From positions 200,480 through 264,479 of the forward strand of contig JAXMAA010000001.1 of NCBI GenBank assembly GCA_046350615.1: a DNA stretch of 64,000 bases, read 5' to 3'. The DNA comes from Candidatus Saccharimonadales bacterium. GTDB taxonomy: Bacteria > Patescibacteriota > Saccharimonadia > Saccharimonadales > UBA7683. The position numbers and the translations under genes are program-made. Every line of letters begins with the position of its first letter. The first letter of the stretch is position 1. Below the pieces are notes generated by a model. It saw only the letters and a list, made by a program, of their open reading frames with translations. It had not been told where the DNA came from and did not search any database. Shown here in pieces: positions 28,029 through 37,820 of this stretch.

Positions 28029-28488
28029 GGGTTTGCTGCATATATTTCATGTAGCCCTCTTTACCACTGTACTGTTGGTACATACTCTCAAGATTTTTAT
28101 CAATAAGGTCATGGCCGTACGGGATTTTTTGCTTATCAGCCTCGGTCTTCAGTGCAGCTAGCATGATAGCGCGGTCCATCGCCTCTTCTTTATCGCCGTC
28201 ATCAGCCTTGCCGCGTGACTTTTCCAAAGCGCTCGCGATATGACTAACATCACCATGCGTAACTTTGTAACTACCAACCTTGAAAGGGAGTCTGCCGATA
28301 ATAACAAGCGCTCCGGATACCAAGATGCACAATATTACAGCAGAAAACAAGCTAAGCAATATCAACCTTGAGCGCCGAGAGCCCAAAAGCCGCGCCTTCA
28401 ATCGTCCGCGCAGTGATTGATCAGCTTTATAGACAACTGTGCCACCTACAGTGTCGGAAATCCGTTCATTCTCCTGCTTATTCTGCAT
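27961..28488 (-). CDS. membrane-anchored protein (175 aa); possibly the detached N-terminus of protein B
   Basis: TM helix LILLSLFSAVILCILVSGALVIIG. The ORF overlaps the start of 24537-28028 by 68 nt in the +1 frame. Confidence 0.55.
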   Translation of the reverse strand: MQNKQENERISDTVGGTVVYKADQSLRGRLKARLLGSRRSRLILLSLFSAVILCILVSGALVIIGRLPFKVGSYKVTHGDVSHIASALEKSRGKADDGDKEEAMDRAIMLAALKTEADKQKIPYGHDLIDKNLESMYQQYSGKEGYMKYMQQTHGWSEEDVYTHASYYRIFKDQT

Positions 28489-28561
28489 CTTAAACCCTCA
28501 TAGTTCTTTTGGTTATTATTCTAACCTATTACAGCGAGTGATGAAAGAAGCGAGTGGCAAC

Positions 28562-31500
28562 TTAATACACCGGTGGCAGCTCAACAGTCGAAACCGGGTT
28601 GCTCACAAGTTGACTAGCTTGGTTATTAAACAGTCCCAAGTAACCTTCTGCGCTAAAAATGACATGCTCGGCTGCGCAATCAGTTGAGGACTTACTATAG
28701 AGACAACTGCCATCAATTACCCCTTCTGTTATCCCAACAGTACCATACGTGCTTTTCCATATGATTCGACGGGCCGTAAGAGAGCCGTTCACTACTAATG
28801 CTCTTCCTCTGTTGCAAGAATTGCCAGCACCGTTTATAGTAAGTCGCTCTCCCCACTGACCAGCACCACCAACTGTACTGCAAGTGTCAATCACGCCATC
28901 TCCTGAAACTCGAGGGTAGGCAATCAACTGAGCATCAATCTGGTTTACACCACGTTCAATGTAGATATTATTGGCAATGATGCGCAGATACGGAACTTCG
29001 GCGGCGCTATTAGCAAGCGGCTTGTACTTGAGATCCCCCGTTATGGTAACGTTTCCCTTCACTACCAATGTCTTATTACCGGCTATCTCTGTCGTTCCAC
29101 TCAGCGTAAGGTCACCGGTTAGGACCACGTTTCCAGGGCCTGGTGCCTTTAGTATCACATCTTTTATGGCTCCAAATGAGCCGGCAGGACCTTCCGCAAA
29201 TGCGGAAGCTTTGATTTCATCTGGATTAAGATTGATGCAAGGCACAGGCATGGCATCACCACTCAGTCCGTAGAACTTTCCTGCTGAACCGACAGGTTCG
29301 TTAAGACTTGCATTAAAGACATTAGCAAATAATAGATCTTTGATGTCACCAGAGCCTCGTAAGTAACCGCTCTTGGCAAGGAAAGTGTTCGGCTCCTGTC
29401 CGCCGACCGCGCCGCTGGCGTATGCAGCATACTGAGCAGATGAAGTGCCCCATGTGTTTCGGTTTTCAAGGAAACCATTGGTTTGAATGGAGGCGTTTTG
29501 GGCTGCACTAGTTGGCTTACAGCTAGTAGCGGGATCAGGGGTGCTAAAAGCGGCACCGCTAACTACATCCGAACCATCAATTTTAAGGTAAGGACGATTA
29601 GCCGGAAGCTCAACATAGATAGTAATCACGCAGTAACGAGCCGCCGGATTAGCGGTTGGTGAGGTAGCTAGATAGTAAGTAGTGGTTGCATCGGGTTTGA
29701 CGGTAGCACCTGCGGCCGTTTCTCCAATAGCACCGCTTATCTCCGATCCGCTCTCGACGTATGCTTTTAGGCTACTCCCGCCACTGCCAATAGTCTTCCA
29801 CTTAATAAGTGTGCTCTGGCCCTTGAATATCGTCTTAGAAACCGGTACTCCGATAGCCCCAGCAGGGCTCAGCGCCTGGCATTGTTGAGTGTTTGTTGGC
29901 GGGCAATCATCAGTCGGATCATTGGGGTTACAGTTTGTTGGCGGGCAAGTCTGCGATGTACATGAGCCACTAATGACAATGGAGAATGTCGCCGAAGATC
30001 GGTTACAACCCGAGTCATTCAGGCTACCCGCTGGTTTTAAAGCAGGGCTGGCACACACTAAAGCACCGTTTGCTCGTGCAGTTTGCACCGCAGTTGTACT
30101 TATGGTAACAATATACTGCATATTTGGGTCAAGGCTATTTAAGCCGTTCAATGTAAAGGGGAAATTTCCAACTCCAGTATGCGTAAGCCCAGGTCTATTC
30201 GCATACTGTGCATCACGACTTAATACAATTGATTTACCAACGATACCACTGATACTGAGCCCCGCCACATTCACGCTCGCACTCTCAATATAAATGGCGT
30301 CGCCATTGATTGTTTGGTTGTTAACTCGCCCATCAGTCGCATTCACATTTGTATAGCCAGCCCCCTCACATACCCAACCAGCGCCATTAACTTTTAAGCC
30401 AATTGAATTGGCACCGCCACCTGTGATTGGACCCCGGCTACCACTACTATCAGTCAACCAGTAGTCTCGTGCGTGCAAAAAGGTGTTGGCTGTACCGTTT
30501 TGACAATCCGCACCCGAAACAGGTCCGAACGGAATGCCGCCACCATTGTTAATAAATCTAAATGCAGTTGTCTCAGAGCCGGTACCGTCATTTGTAACTT
30601 GCGCGCTACAAGAGGTAATCATGGCATTGTTAGTAGGATTATAAATAAGTATTACGTATGTTGAGGTACCTGTTGGTGGGCTAATTTCTTTTTGTCCGTT
30701 GAGAGCAAGCCCTTTATTCTCTTCTGTTGGCGTCCCTCGATAAAGCCACGCCTTATACGAACTATTGATGGCTGCGCTTGACTTCCACTTTGCAATAAAT
30801 TTTGAGCCCTCTTTAGATATCTTTAGATCACAATTATTTCCAGTCGGTACTTCTGGTTCTCCAGTTGTTTGAGTAAGGTCCACACCGGCATTACACGTGA
30901 GATATTGCTTACCAGTGTCGTCGTAGGCACGGAACTCATATACAGTGTACTTACCATCTGGAGGAGAGACTGTCCTGCCACTGTTATTGTTAAGTGAGAG
31001 ACCAGAGGCGATCTCAGTAAAGCTACTCTCTCCTGTACTCTTTCTGAATAGTTTCGAACGCCCTTCACCCAACCAGTTGGTCGTATTTGAATTCCACGTC
31101 ATTTTATACGTACTATCCCATTGCAGATTTACCGCCAAGCTACAGGAATTTGTTCCAGCAGGCGGTGCTTCGTCTACGCCTATGGTGACCGTATCGGTAC
31201 AGTCAGCAGTCCAGTTGACCGTAATTTTATATGTTACTGTGCCCGTAAGGGGGCCAGTTGAGACACCTGAACTATTATTGGCTGCTGGGGAAGAAAGACC
31301 CGGCCCCTCAACACTCACTACACTACCACCCGAACTCGACCACTTAACCATTGTTGACCCACCGTAATTAAGCCTCGTTGTGTCCGCCCAGATATCACAG
31401 CTGATGTTTGTCTGCGGGGGTGGCGTTGTCGGTGTTGTTAGGGTGAACGAGCCACTGCAACCATCACCATAGTATTTTGAGCCGACATAAAAGCTACCTG

Positions 31501-31822
31501 AGACGCTCCAACTGCTACTAAGTGTGAGGCTTGTGGAGCCCGATCTTTGACTGTTGCCGCCCGCAGAATTAACACTTGCACTGCTTGTGCCCCACTTTGT
31601 TGCGTCAGAAGAGAAGTACCAAGAAACACTTACTATCGTCCCAGCCGGCCCACTACTTGGCGATACGGTCATTGCGCAAGTTGCAGCCGAGGCGGAATTT
31701 GATTTTGCAAGAAACAGCGTACAGCTAAGTACAACAAACACAAATACCAAAAGAGGTTTTTTGGCCAGAAGCGACTGTTGTGTCAGGTTATTAAAAAACT
31801 GTTTGTATTTTTGGTAACTCAC
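28562..31822 (-). CDS. giant secreted protein A (1086 aa), paralog of protein B in its C-terminal domain
   Basis: Signal/anchor LLVFVFVVLSCTLFLAKSNSASAATC. At least four ~85-aa Cys-to-Cys beta-rich modules. Pro/Cys linker, then the shared C-terminal domain ending VSTVELPPVY. Confidence 0.8.
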   Translation of the reverse strand: MSYQKYKQFFNNLTQQSLLAKKPLLVFVFVVLSCTLFLAKSNSASAATCAMTVSPSSGPAGTIVSVSWYFSSDATKWGTSSASVNSAGGNSQRSGSTSLTLSSSWSVSGSFYVGSKYYGDGCSGSFTLTTPTTPPPQTNISCDIWADTTRLNYGGSTMVKWSSSGGSVVSVEGPGLSSPAANNSSGVSTGPLTGTVTYKITVNWTADCTDTVTIGVDEAPPAGTNSCSLAVNLQWDSTYKMTWNSNTTNWLGEGRSKLFRKSTGESSFTEIASGLSLNNNSGRTVSPPDGKYTVYEFRAYDDTGKQYLTCNAGVDLTQTTGEPEVPTGNNCDLKISKEGSKFIAKWKSSAAINSSYKAWLYRGTPTEENKGLALNGQKEISPPTGTSTYVILIYNPTNNAMITSCSAQVTNDGTGSETTAFRFINNGGGIPFGPVSGADCQNGTANTFLHARDYWLTDSSGSRGPITGGGANSIGLKVNGAGWVCEGAGYTNVNATDGRVNNQTINGDAIYIESASVNVAGLSISGIVGKSIVLSRDAQYANRPGLTHTGVGNFPFTLNGLNSLDPNMQYIVTISTTAVQTARANGALVCASPALKPAGSLNDSGCNRSSATFSIVISGSCTSQTCPPTNCNPNDPTDDCPPTNTQQCQALSPAGAIGVPVSKTIFKGQSTLIKWKTIGSGGSSLKAYVESGSEISGAIGETAAGATVKPDATTTYYLATSPTANPAARYCVITIYVELPANRPYLKIDGSDVVSGAAFSTPDPATSCKPTSAAQNASIQTNGFLENRNTWGTSSAQYAAYASGAVGGQEPNTFLAKSGYLRGSGDIKDLLFANVFNASLNEPVGSAGKFYGLSGDAMPVPCINLNPDEIKASAFAEGPAGSFGAIKDVILKAPGPGNVVLTGDLTLSGTTEIAGNKTLVVKGNVTITGDLKYKPLANSAAEVPYLRIIANNIYIERGVNQIDAQLIAYPRVSGDGVIDTCSTVGGAGQWGERLTINGAGNSCNRGRALVVNGSLTARRIIWKSTYGTVGITEGVIDGSCLYSKSSTDCAAEHVIFSAEGYLGLFNNQASQLVSNPVSTVELPPVY

Positions 31823-32321
31823 TTGAGTTCTCCTCTGTAATCAGATTTACTATCGCCGGTCCCATCTCCCTAATTGTCTTTCTGCCTTGCAGACCATAAG
31901 CCTTTGCAAAACCAACGTCATCTTTATAGCTCTTCTGCATCTTCATGTAATATTCTTCCGCCTTCCTTCCATCACCAGAGCGAATATAAAACACAACCAT
32001 CGGATACAAACAGCTCGCATCAGATTCAAAATTTTTCTGCTTCTTTACCTTTTCAACAAGTAACTTTAAATCATCTTGAAAAAGTTGGCCCATTGCGTAC
32101 TGGGCTTCATCATAAATCTTACCTTCTCTAGTTCCTTGACATTGGTTGTTAAAAAGCTCGTCTCTTCGGTAATAAACAAATGCACTACTAGCAAGTAAAG
32201 CTAATGCCAGCAGGATAAGCAGCAGCTTCCGCCAACTAAAAATTGGCTTTTTGCCGGTACCAGTGACCCTACCCGCCGGTGCAGCTAGAAATTCTTTGTT
32301 GAGCTTTTTCCTTTTGAACAT
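31791..32321 (-). CDS. membrane-anchored helical-repeat (TPR-like) protein
   Basis: 176 aa. N-terminal TM helix LLLILLALALLASSAFVYY. Overlaps the start of protein A by 32 nt (operon). Confidence 0.5.
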   Translation of the reverse strand: MFKRKKLNKEFLAAPAGRVTGTGKKPIFSWRKLLLILLALALLASSAFVYYRRDELFNNQCQGTREGKIYDEAQYAMGQLFQDDLKLLVEKVKKQKNFESDASCLYPMVVFYIRSGDGRKAEEYYMKMQKSYKDDVGFAKAYGLQGRKTIREMGPAIVNLITEENSSELPKIQTVF

Positions 32322-32837
32322 AGATAATAAGGGGCCTCTCTACCTAAGCTTATGCTTACCAGTGTAACTCCCGTTCTTAATTACCGCAACTTTAAGATCC
32401 CCCACCGAGATAGCTGAAACCATCTTTGCCAAGAGAATAACGGTTACAACACGGCCAAGAAAGGCCCGAGCTCCTTCGGCGCAAAAAGCAAACCAAATTC
32501 AAGCACGCCTGCCATAAGAGGCAAGCATATGCCCATACACTTTCCTATTCATCCCTTAATTCTACAAATATCTCAGGTAAAATACTACTAGCGAGTTCAT
32601 TTGCAGGAATCATGGGACATTAAATATCCCACACTTTCTGTAGCTTGAATTAAATTTTGTACTCAGGCTTAAAGCTGTCTGCCAAAGGTAGTGTTGCTGA
32701 AAGACTCTCAATCTCTTTTTTATCTAAGGTTGCATAGCTATAGATGCCGTCTCTAGCAGCAATGTCTTCTGCGTAAGGGTTAGCGACCACAGTTACACCA
32801 TTGCTGTATTCAGTGTATGGATCACTACCAGTTCTAT

Positions 32838-32942
32838 CTACCGAACGGTTTTAGACCGGGCTGTAACGTCAAGGCGGTCAATAAAATCTTCAACAGCCCG
32901 CCGACCGCCCGGTGTTGTATAGAACAAAATCTCCCACGCCAT
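32838..32942 (-). pseudogene. truncated Gp49/HigB-like toxin fragment
   Basis: MAWEILFYTTPGGRRAVEDFIDRLDVTARSKTVR-stop parallels the N-terminus of the intact toxin at 34089-34433 (MIWEIIYYDTPSGKEVIKDFIDGL...). No continuation in frame. Confidence 0.6.
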
Positions 32943-32989
32943 ATTATGATCTTACCCTGTTATCTGGCAGAACACCATTGATACCGAAT

Positions 32990-33631
32990 CTAAACATCCA
33001 TGGGTTTTATTGAACTTGAGACTTCTTGGACATCTTTTTTAACTAGGTTTGCGGTGATTCCTTGATAATACAGCTGGATATCGCCAGCGCCATTGCCCGA
33101 AACAACATACTGTTCGTTTGGCTCCATATTCTCATATCGTATTACCATTTTGTTTTTCTCAAAGTTGTAGCCTATGAGTTTTGAGTATGGCAGCGAGACA
33201 ACTTGAGAGCCTAAGAACATCAATCTTTTGCTTGTAAAGATGAGTGTGCCTTGATCGATCGCTTCAAGACGCGTAACAGTCTGCTGCGTAGTACGCATAT
33301 TACTCTTACCGCCGGCAGTAGCTGCGCCAGCAACCAACCCAACTGGCCCAAGTAGAACGCCCCCGACAATACCACGTGTTATCACGCCCTTTTTCTTTGA
33401 TTTACCAGTAGTCGTTTCAACTATATGCTGCCTGTCAGCCATACGCTTTGCATTAAATGCCGCATAAGCCTTCTCGCCTGGCTCAAGATTAACAGTAACC
33501 TGAATCGGCTGAATCTTTCCTGCGAGAATATCATTCTTTCTTTGTTCTTCTGCTTCCTTCTTTGCCACCTGTGCATCTTTATAATCATTTGCAGCTTTTT
33601 GAATCTTATTCGCAAAATCTTTTAATCCCAT
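32990..33631 (-). CDS. hypothetical protein with Gly-rich hydrophobic segment and PH/GRAM-like C-terminus
   Basis: 213-aa ORF. GIVGGVLLGPVGLVAGAATAGG. C-terminal TLIFTSKRLMFLG pattern. No family assignment. Confidence 0.4.
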   Translation of the reverse strand: MGLKDFANKIQKAANDYKDAQVAKKEAEEQRKNDILAGKIQPIQVTVNLEPGEKAYAAFNAKRMADRQHIVETTTGKSKKKGVITRGIVGGVLLGPVGLVAGAATAGGKSNMRTTQQTVTRLEAIDQGTLIFTSKRLMFLGSQVVSLPYSKLIGYNFEKNKMVIRYENMEPNEQYVVSGNGAGDIQLYYQGITANLVKKDVQEVSSSIKPMDV

Positions 33632-33749
33632 AAAACTCCGATCATTTAATTACCCTTTGAGCTAAAACTATTGTAGCACCGACTGATAGAGGTGGCCGGG
33701 GCTACTCCGATGAATATGTAGCCCAGATTACAGAAGAACTCTTGAACCG

Positions 33750-34025
33750 CTAATTACTAGCGACTAATCTAAATTCTTTACCCAACGCCCCTGCTACTCG
33801 ATTGACGGTCTCTACGGTGGGATTAGTCGTACCGCTCTCCAAACGAGTTACGACTACCCGACTAACACCAGCCTTTTCAGCTAATTCTGCTTGGGTCATT
33901 TTCTTGCCTAAGCGTGCCCGAATAAGTTCACTCGCCAATCTATATTCAGGCTCTAGCTCATTATAAGCTGCTTTGAACTTGGGGTTCTTGAGTAATTCTT
34001 GTTTGTGCTGTTTCCATGTAGTCAT
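33750..34025 (-). CDS. XRE-family HTH antitoxin (HigA-like)
   Basis: KMTQAELAEKAGVSRVVVTRLESG helix-turn-helix. 91 aa, directly downstream of the toxin gene. Confidence 0.75.
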   Translation of the reverse strand: MTTWKQHKQELLKNPKFKAAYNELEPEYRLASELIRARLGKKMTQAELAEKAGVSRVVVTRLESGTTNPTVETVNRVAGALGKEFRLVASN

Positions 34026-34088
34026 AATTTTTGTTCTCCTCTGTATATTGTATCGTATATGTTACATCTGTGTCAAGTAAAATGTAAC

Positions 34089-34433
34089 TTATATGTTACG
34101 CTCTTTAATCTCTGCCTGACGCTGGCGAGCAATATCCAGCTCTTTTTTAGGAGTTGTTTGGGTTTTCTTGATAAAACCGTGCAACAGATAAATACGCTTG
34201 CCAAGTGCAAAGGCATAAAATACACGCACTTCTTGCTTGCCCCGTACCCTGAGCTCAATCAGGCCACCGCCCATAGCTTTAGCGTGCGGCATACCAAGCT
34301 GATTACCGTGTTCTTCCAGCAAATCCAACTGGCGACCTAACTTCGCCTGGGTATTTTCTTGCAAGCCGTCAATGAAATCTTTAATGACCTCTTTGCCACT
34401 CGGCGTGTCGTAGTAGATAATCTCCCAGATCAT
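34089..34433 (-). CDS. RelE/HigB-superfamily toxin (phage Gp49-like)
   Basis: Start set at Met 34433. ...ELRVRGKQEVRVFYAFALGKRIYLLHGFIKKTQTTPKKELDIA is the typical Gp49-like core. Confidence 0.75.
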   Translation of the reverse strand: MIWEIIYYDTPSGKEVIKDFIDGLQENTQAKLGRQLDLLEEHGNQLGMPHAKAMGGGLIELRVRGKQEVRVFYAFALGKRIYLLHGFIKKTQTTPKKELDIARQRQAEIKERNI

Positions 34434-34483
34434 ATGCTGATGATAACAGCTCGAACTAGGGGTAACAAGGAAGGCGCAATGTT

Positions 34484-35317
34484 TTACCAATTGTCATGGG
34501 CAGTCAGGAAAGTTTTTTTGAGATCATCGCGTTTGGTAGCACTCCGTAAGGTAGGTTCAATTTTGTCGTAAAGATCTTCAAGATGCACGCTTCCGAACAG
34601 ATGCAAACCATCGCTATCGTCAATCATTTCCAGGATGATCTCCTGATGCAGATTTTCCAGTTCTAACAACGCATTTATTGAGGTCGCAGGATCAGTCACT
34701 GGGACACGCTGGATGATTATGCGAACGAGTGCGCAGAAAGCCGCCACCATCTCCCCGGCACAAAAGTATGGGTCAAAATTACTTGCTCTCGACCATTGTT
34801 TAAACTGCTTTGCTGCCTGTTTAATCTCTTCCAGGTCAAGCGGTGCATTTAGATTATCGATTATTGTGGGGCTGACGGGTAAGGTTTTGTGCGAGCGATG
34901 CCAGTCTCCCACTTCGTCAGCCAGGGTCCGCATGATATTGAGATCAGCATGAAGTGGATCTTTGTACATTCGGTCAATATCATGACGTGTGACTAGTGGT
35001 GGAGGAATTGATTCAGCCTCAACCTCATCTGGTGATGGCGTCTTAAGGCCCCTTTTTTGATCCCAAACTATTGCGACAGCCACCATGTGCTTACAAAAGT
35101 CACCGTTAAACGGACAGTTGCAGTGACGGCTTAATCCGCCACTGCGAAACGCTAATCTCGTCACGTAGTCGCCGCTGCCATGAACAGCAGCTATGGCTTG
35201 TTTATCATCCCACTCTTCCAGCTCAACCGCGCCAGCTCTCATGTAAGCTTCACCACGCTTCCACACCTCTTGATGGCAACGATATAAAATAAGGTCAGAT
35301 GCAGATTCCATGCTCAT
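34484..35317 (-). CDS. SWIM zinc-finger protein
   Basis: CNCPFNGDFCKHMVAV (CxCxnCxH SWIM motif) in the N-terminal third. 277 aa. Confidence 0.7.
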   Translation of the reverse strand: MSMESASDLILYRCHQEVWKRGEAYMRAGAVELEEWDDKQAIAAVHGSGDYVTRLAFRSGGLSRHCNCPFNGDFCKHMVAVAIVWDQKRGLKTPSPDEVEAESIPPPLVTRHDIDRMYKDPLHADLNIMRTLADEVGDWHRSHKTLPVSPTIIDNLNAPLDLEEIKQAAKQFKQWSRASNFDPYFCAGEMVAAFCALVRIIIQRVPVTDPATSINALLELENLHQEIILEMIDDSDGLHLFGSVHLEDLYDKIEPTLRSATKRDDLKKTFLTAHDNW

Positions 35318-35450
35318 ACGTTAACAGATAAGATATAATGATTCTATGTCACAGCTTCAAATTGGGAAAGCCAGACGCTAAACATTCCATATTTTCTGAA
35401 TTTTGAAATGCCACCACGCAACAAGCGCGGCTACGCAAAAGAATTCGTCT

Positions 35451-35972
35451 CTAACCTAAGTCTAGAATCTTCTTATAAGTAACGTCTATCTGATTCCCGT
35501 CTAGGATGATTGGATTAAAACCTTGGGCTTCCTTGATCAGATGGTCTTGCCAGTTCATGAAGTTCTTTCGTTGCTCTGGCGTCTTGCCAAACGGATTGTT
35601 ACGATCTGGACTCGCAAGATTCGAGAGCAGTTCTTCATCTGTTTTCTTCATAATCACAATCTTGTCGAACAGTCCGTAAAAGTCAGTGATGTTCTCGGAT
35701 GATCCACACAAAATAGCGTTAGGATGCTTTGCTAAGAACTCTTTCAATACATCTTCACGCCAGTACCAGCCATACTCTGCGTACCAATCATCTTGGCCAG
35801 TCTCTTTGTATTCAGTGACCAGACCGAGAACTTTGCCTGTCTCGAACTCGCGCCATTCACACAAACCCGAAATTTCATCTGTATCAAAAAACTGTTCGTT
35901 CCCAATAGATTGAGCGTGCCCAACGAGCGTCGTCTTACCTGATCCAGGAGTGCCTGTTACAAGAGTCGCCAT
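35451..35972 (-). CDS. P-loop NTPase/kinase-like protein
   Basis: Walker A GTPGSGKTTL at the N-terminus. 173 aa, the size of nucleotide/nucleoside kinases. Confidence 0.55.
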   Translation of the reverse strand: MATLVTGTPGSGKTTLVGHAQSIGNEQFFDTDEISGLCEWREFETGKVLGLVTEYKETGQDDWYAEYGWYWREDVLKEFLAKHPNAILCGSSENITDFYGLFDKIVIMKKTDEELLSNLASPDRNNPFGKTPEQRKNFMNWQDHLIKEAQGFNPIILDGNQIDVTYKKILDLG

Positions 35973-35973
35973 A

Positions 35974-36627
35974 TTACTCTTCGTGAGACTTATTAAACCA
36001 CTCGTGTTCTAACTCGCTGCGTGGCGAATCGATAACTTTCCACTCACTATCTTCGACCAATAGTGCCTGGTCGTCTGTCAAAAGTACCATTTCAAATTTG
36101 TCACTATATTTGGCTTTAATCTCATCAATACTTTGTGTTCGTGCCTTCATGTCGTAGTGCGGAATAGGGACAACCTCTACCCAACCCATACCCTTGGTAG
36201 ATTCTAAGCCAGTCACCTTTTCTGGCTCATCTATTGAAGAAATCGCACCGATATCAGGACCAGCAATTAACGCTCCTGCGCTTGCGCCTGCGTAGAGACC
36301 GCCATTTCTAACATAGTCGTCGAGCAATTTATCAAAACCCGTCACACGAAGCTGCTTTAAAAAGTGAAATGTATTTCCCCCTGCAACATACACAATATCC
36401 GTAGCTGCAAGCTGACTCTTCATTTCGTCTTCTGATGCACTTTCAATGTCTAGTTCGGCAATCTGAAAGCCCATTTTATGGAGTACGTCACGGTCTTTAT
36501 CTATCCACCACACGTCTTCATCGAGATTACCAGCAGTTGGGATAAATAGCAGCTTTGTCTTCTCGGCTTCACGACCAACAAACGTCTTAATGTATTCTAA
36601 GCCACTAGATGCAAGGAAGAGTTTCAT
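35974..36627 (-). CDS. peptidase S51 (dipeptidase E-like) family protein
   Basis: LLFIPTAGN, VYVAGGNTFHFL and GASAGALIAGPDI motifs, typical of S51/class I GATase-like proteins. Confidence 0.7.
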   Translation of the reverse strand: MKLFLASSGLEYIKTFVGREAEKTKLLFIPTAGNLDEDVWWIDKDRDVLHKMGFQIAELDIESASEDEMKSQLAATDIVYVAGGNTFHFLKQLRVTGFDKLLDDYVRNGGLYAGASAGALIAGPDIGAISSIDEPEKVTGLESTKGMGWVEVVPIPHYDMKARTQSIDEIKAKYSDKFEMVLLTDDQALLVEDSEWKVIDSPRSELEHEWFNKSHEE

Positions 36628-37142
36628 AGTTTCACCTCAGTTCTTTTATCAACGTAATCACCACCTTTTTCGCCTTCATCGTTCATCCAGACTTTCCGCG
36701 GAATGGCTTTATAAATACGAACAGCACCTTCGCCTGTCATTTGTTCTAACTTCCAGTACGGCACAGGTCGCCGATTCTGCAGCAAAGCATGCACTCGCTT
36801 AATTTCCTCTGCGTCAGTTACCTCTTCTGCCAACGCTTGGATGTATACACCTTCACCCTTACCTGCTGGAATTGTTGAGTCGTAAACCGTAATAAAAACT
36901 TTGTTGTTTGCAGCAATATTCTGAGAGTGTTGGGCATCTTTATCCGAACCCCAATATAGATTGTATTGCTCATCATATGCGCTAAACACGGCGGTGTTCC
37001 ATGGCTGGCCGTTTTGGTCGGTCGTGGCAACATTTAGATAAATTACTTGTTCGATAATTTCTTTAGCACGGTCACCACTGACACTTGGAGTTGGGTACAT
37101 ATTACTCATTTGTTTCTGCATTTTCTGGACTTCGTGTTTCAA
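36624..37142 (-). CDS. pyridoxamine 5'-phosphate oxidase-like FMN-binding protein
   Basis: NVATTDQNGQPWNTAVFSAYD...YWGSDKDAQHSQNI split-barrel pattern. The true start may be Met at 37121, 37109 or 37100. Confidence 0.55.
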   Translation of the reverse strand: MKHEVQKMQKQMSNMYPTPSVSGDRAKEIIEQVIYLNVATTDQNGQPWNTAVFSAYDEQYNLYWGSDKDAQHSQNIAANNKVFITVYDSTIPAGKGEGVYIQALAEEVTDAEEIKRVHALLQNRRPVPYWKLEQMTGEGAVRIYKAIPRKVWMNDEGEKGGDYVDKRTEVKL

Positions 37143-37755
37143 TGCGTTTTTGTAAGATCGAAGGACCTACGTAAAGTGTTTGTGAAAACGCCTCCAATAG
37201 AGCCATCATCTCTGAGGCATCCTCGGGCTTTACTTCAGTAGTATCTTCTGCATTTTCTGGGCGTGGATGAGCGCCGTTGTTACCTACGCCGCGAACTTCG
37301 TGCGCCATTTCTTTTAGAGGTTTCGTGATAATTTGCTCTTTGAGCAGCCAGTCGATTTGTCTCGCAAGGTCATTGCTGACCTCCCGCTCTTTTCCAGTCT
37401 TATCTTTTACAGTCCGCTTGCTCGGTGCTCCTTGATCTAAACATATCCCTTGTAGCGCACGTCTTGCCATAGTAACGGCAGCACGCATGGCGCCAACACT
37501 TTCACAGAGCAATGCTTCCTCAAAATCAGCTTTAATACTTGGGGGCAGTGAGTCGCTTACCACCCTAGGTAATGCTTTTGGATTCAAACTAACAATCTTC
37601 GCACTTGGCAAAATCCTTTGAACTAGAAAGTGTTGTTGACAGTTATTACATTCACCAACTTCGTATCTAAAATTCGTTGTATCGTATTGCGCTCTCCTGA
37701 TAAGCGTGGTGCCAGTCCTGCAATTTGGACATATTATTGAATTTAGGTCAGCCAT
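37102..37755 (-). CDS. Zn-ribbon + DUF4145 (HEPN-like) protein
   Basis: N-terminal CPNC...CNNC ribbon. C-terminal MRAAVTMARRALQGI ... VRGVGNNGAH, matching the remembered DUF4145 RxxGNxxxH signature. Confidence 0.6.
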   Translation of the reverse strand: MADLNSIICPNCRTGTTLIRRAQYDTTNFRYEVGECNNCQQHFLVQRILPSAKIVSLNPKALPRVVSDSLPPSIKADFEEALLCESVGAMRAAVTMARRALQGICLDQGAPSKRTVKDKTGKEREVSNDLARQIDWLLKEQIITKPLKEMAHEVRGVGNNGAHPRPENAEDTTEVKPEDASEMMALLEAFSQTLYVGPSILQKRIETRSPENAETNE

Positions 37756-37820
37756 AATAAACTTATTTTAACCTGTTATTTAGTAAAAAACCACTGAGGT
37801 TGTGTAGCCCACAAGGCTGC

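Noticed and set aside
37756-37820. Rho-independent terminator between the OLD and DUF4145 genes
   Set aside because: Only short weak hairpins (aggctg-tagg-cagcct overlapping the stop; ttgtg/cacaa) precede the T6 run. This is not convincing enough to call a terminator or to rule out co-transcription.
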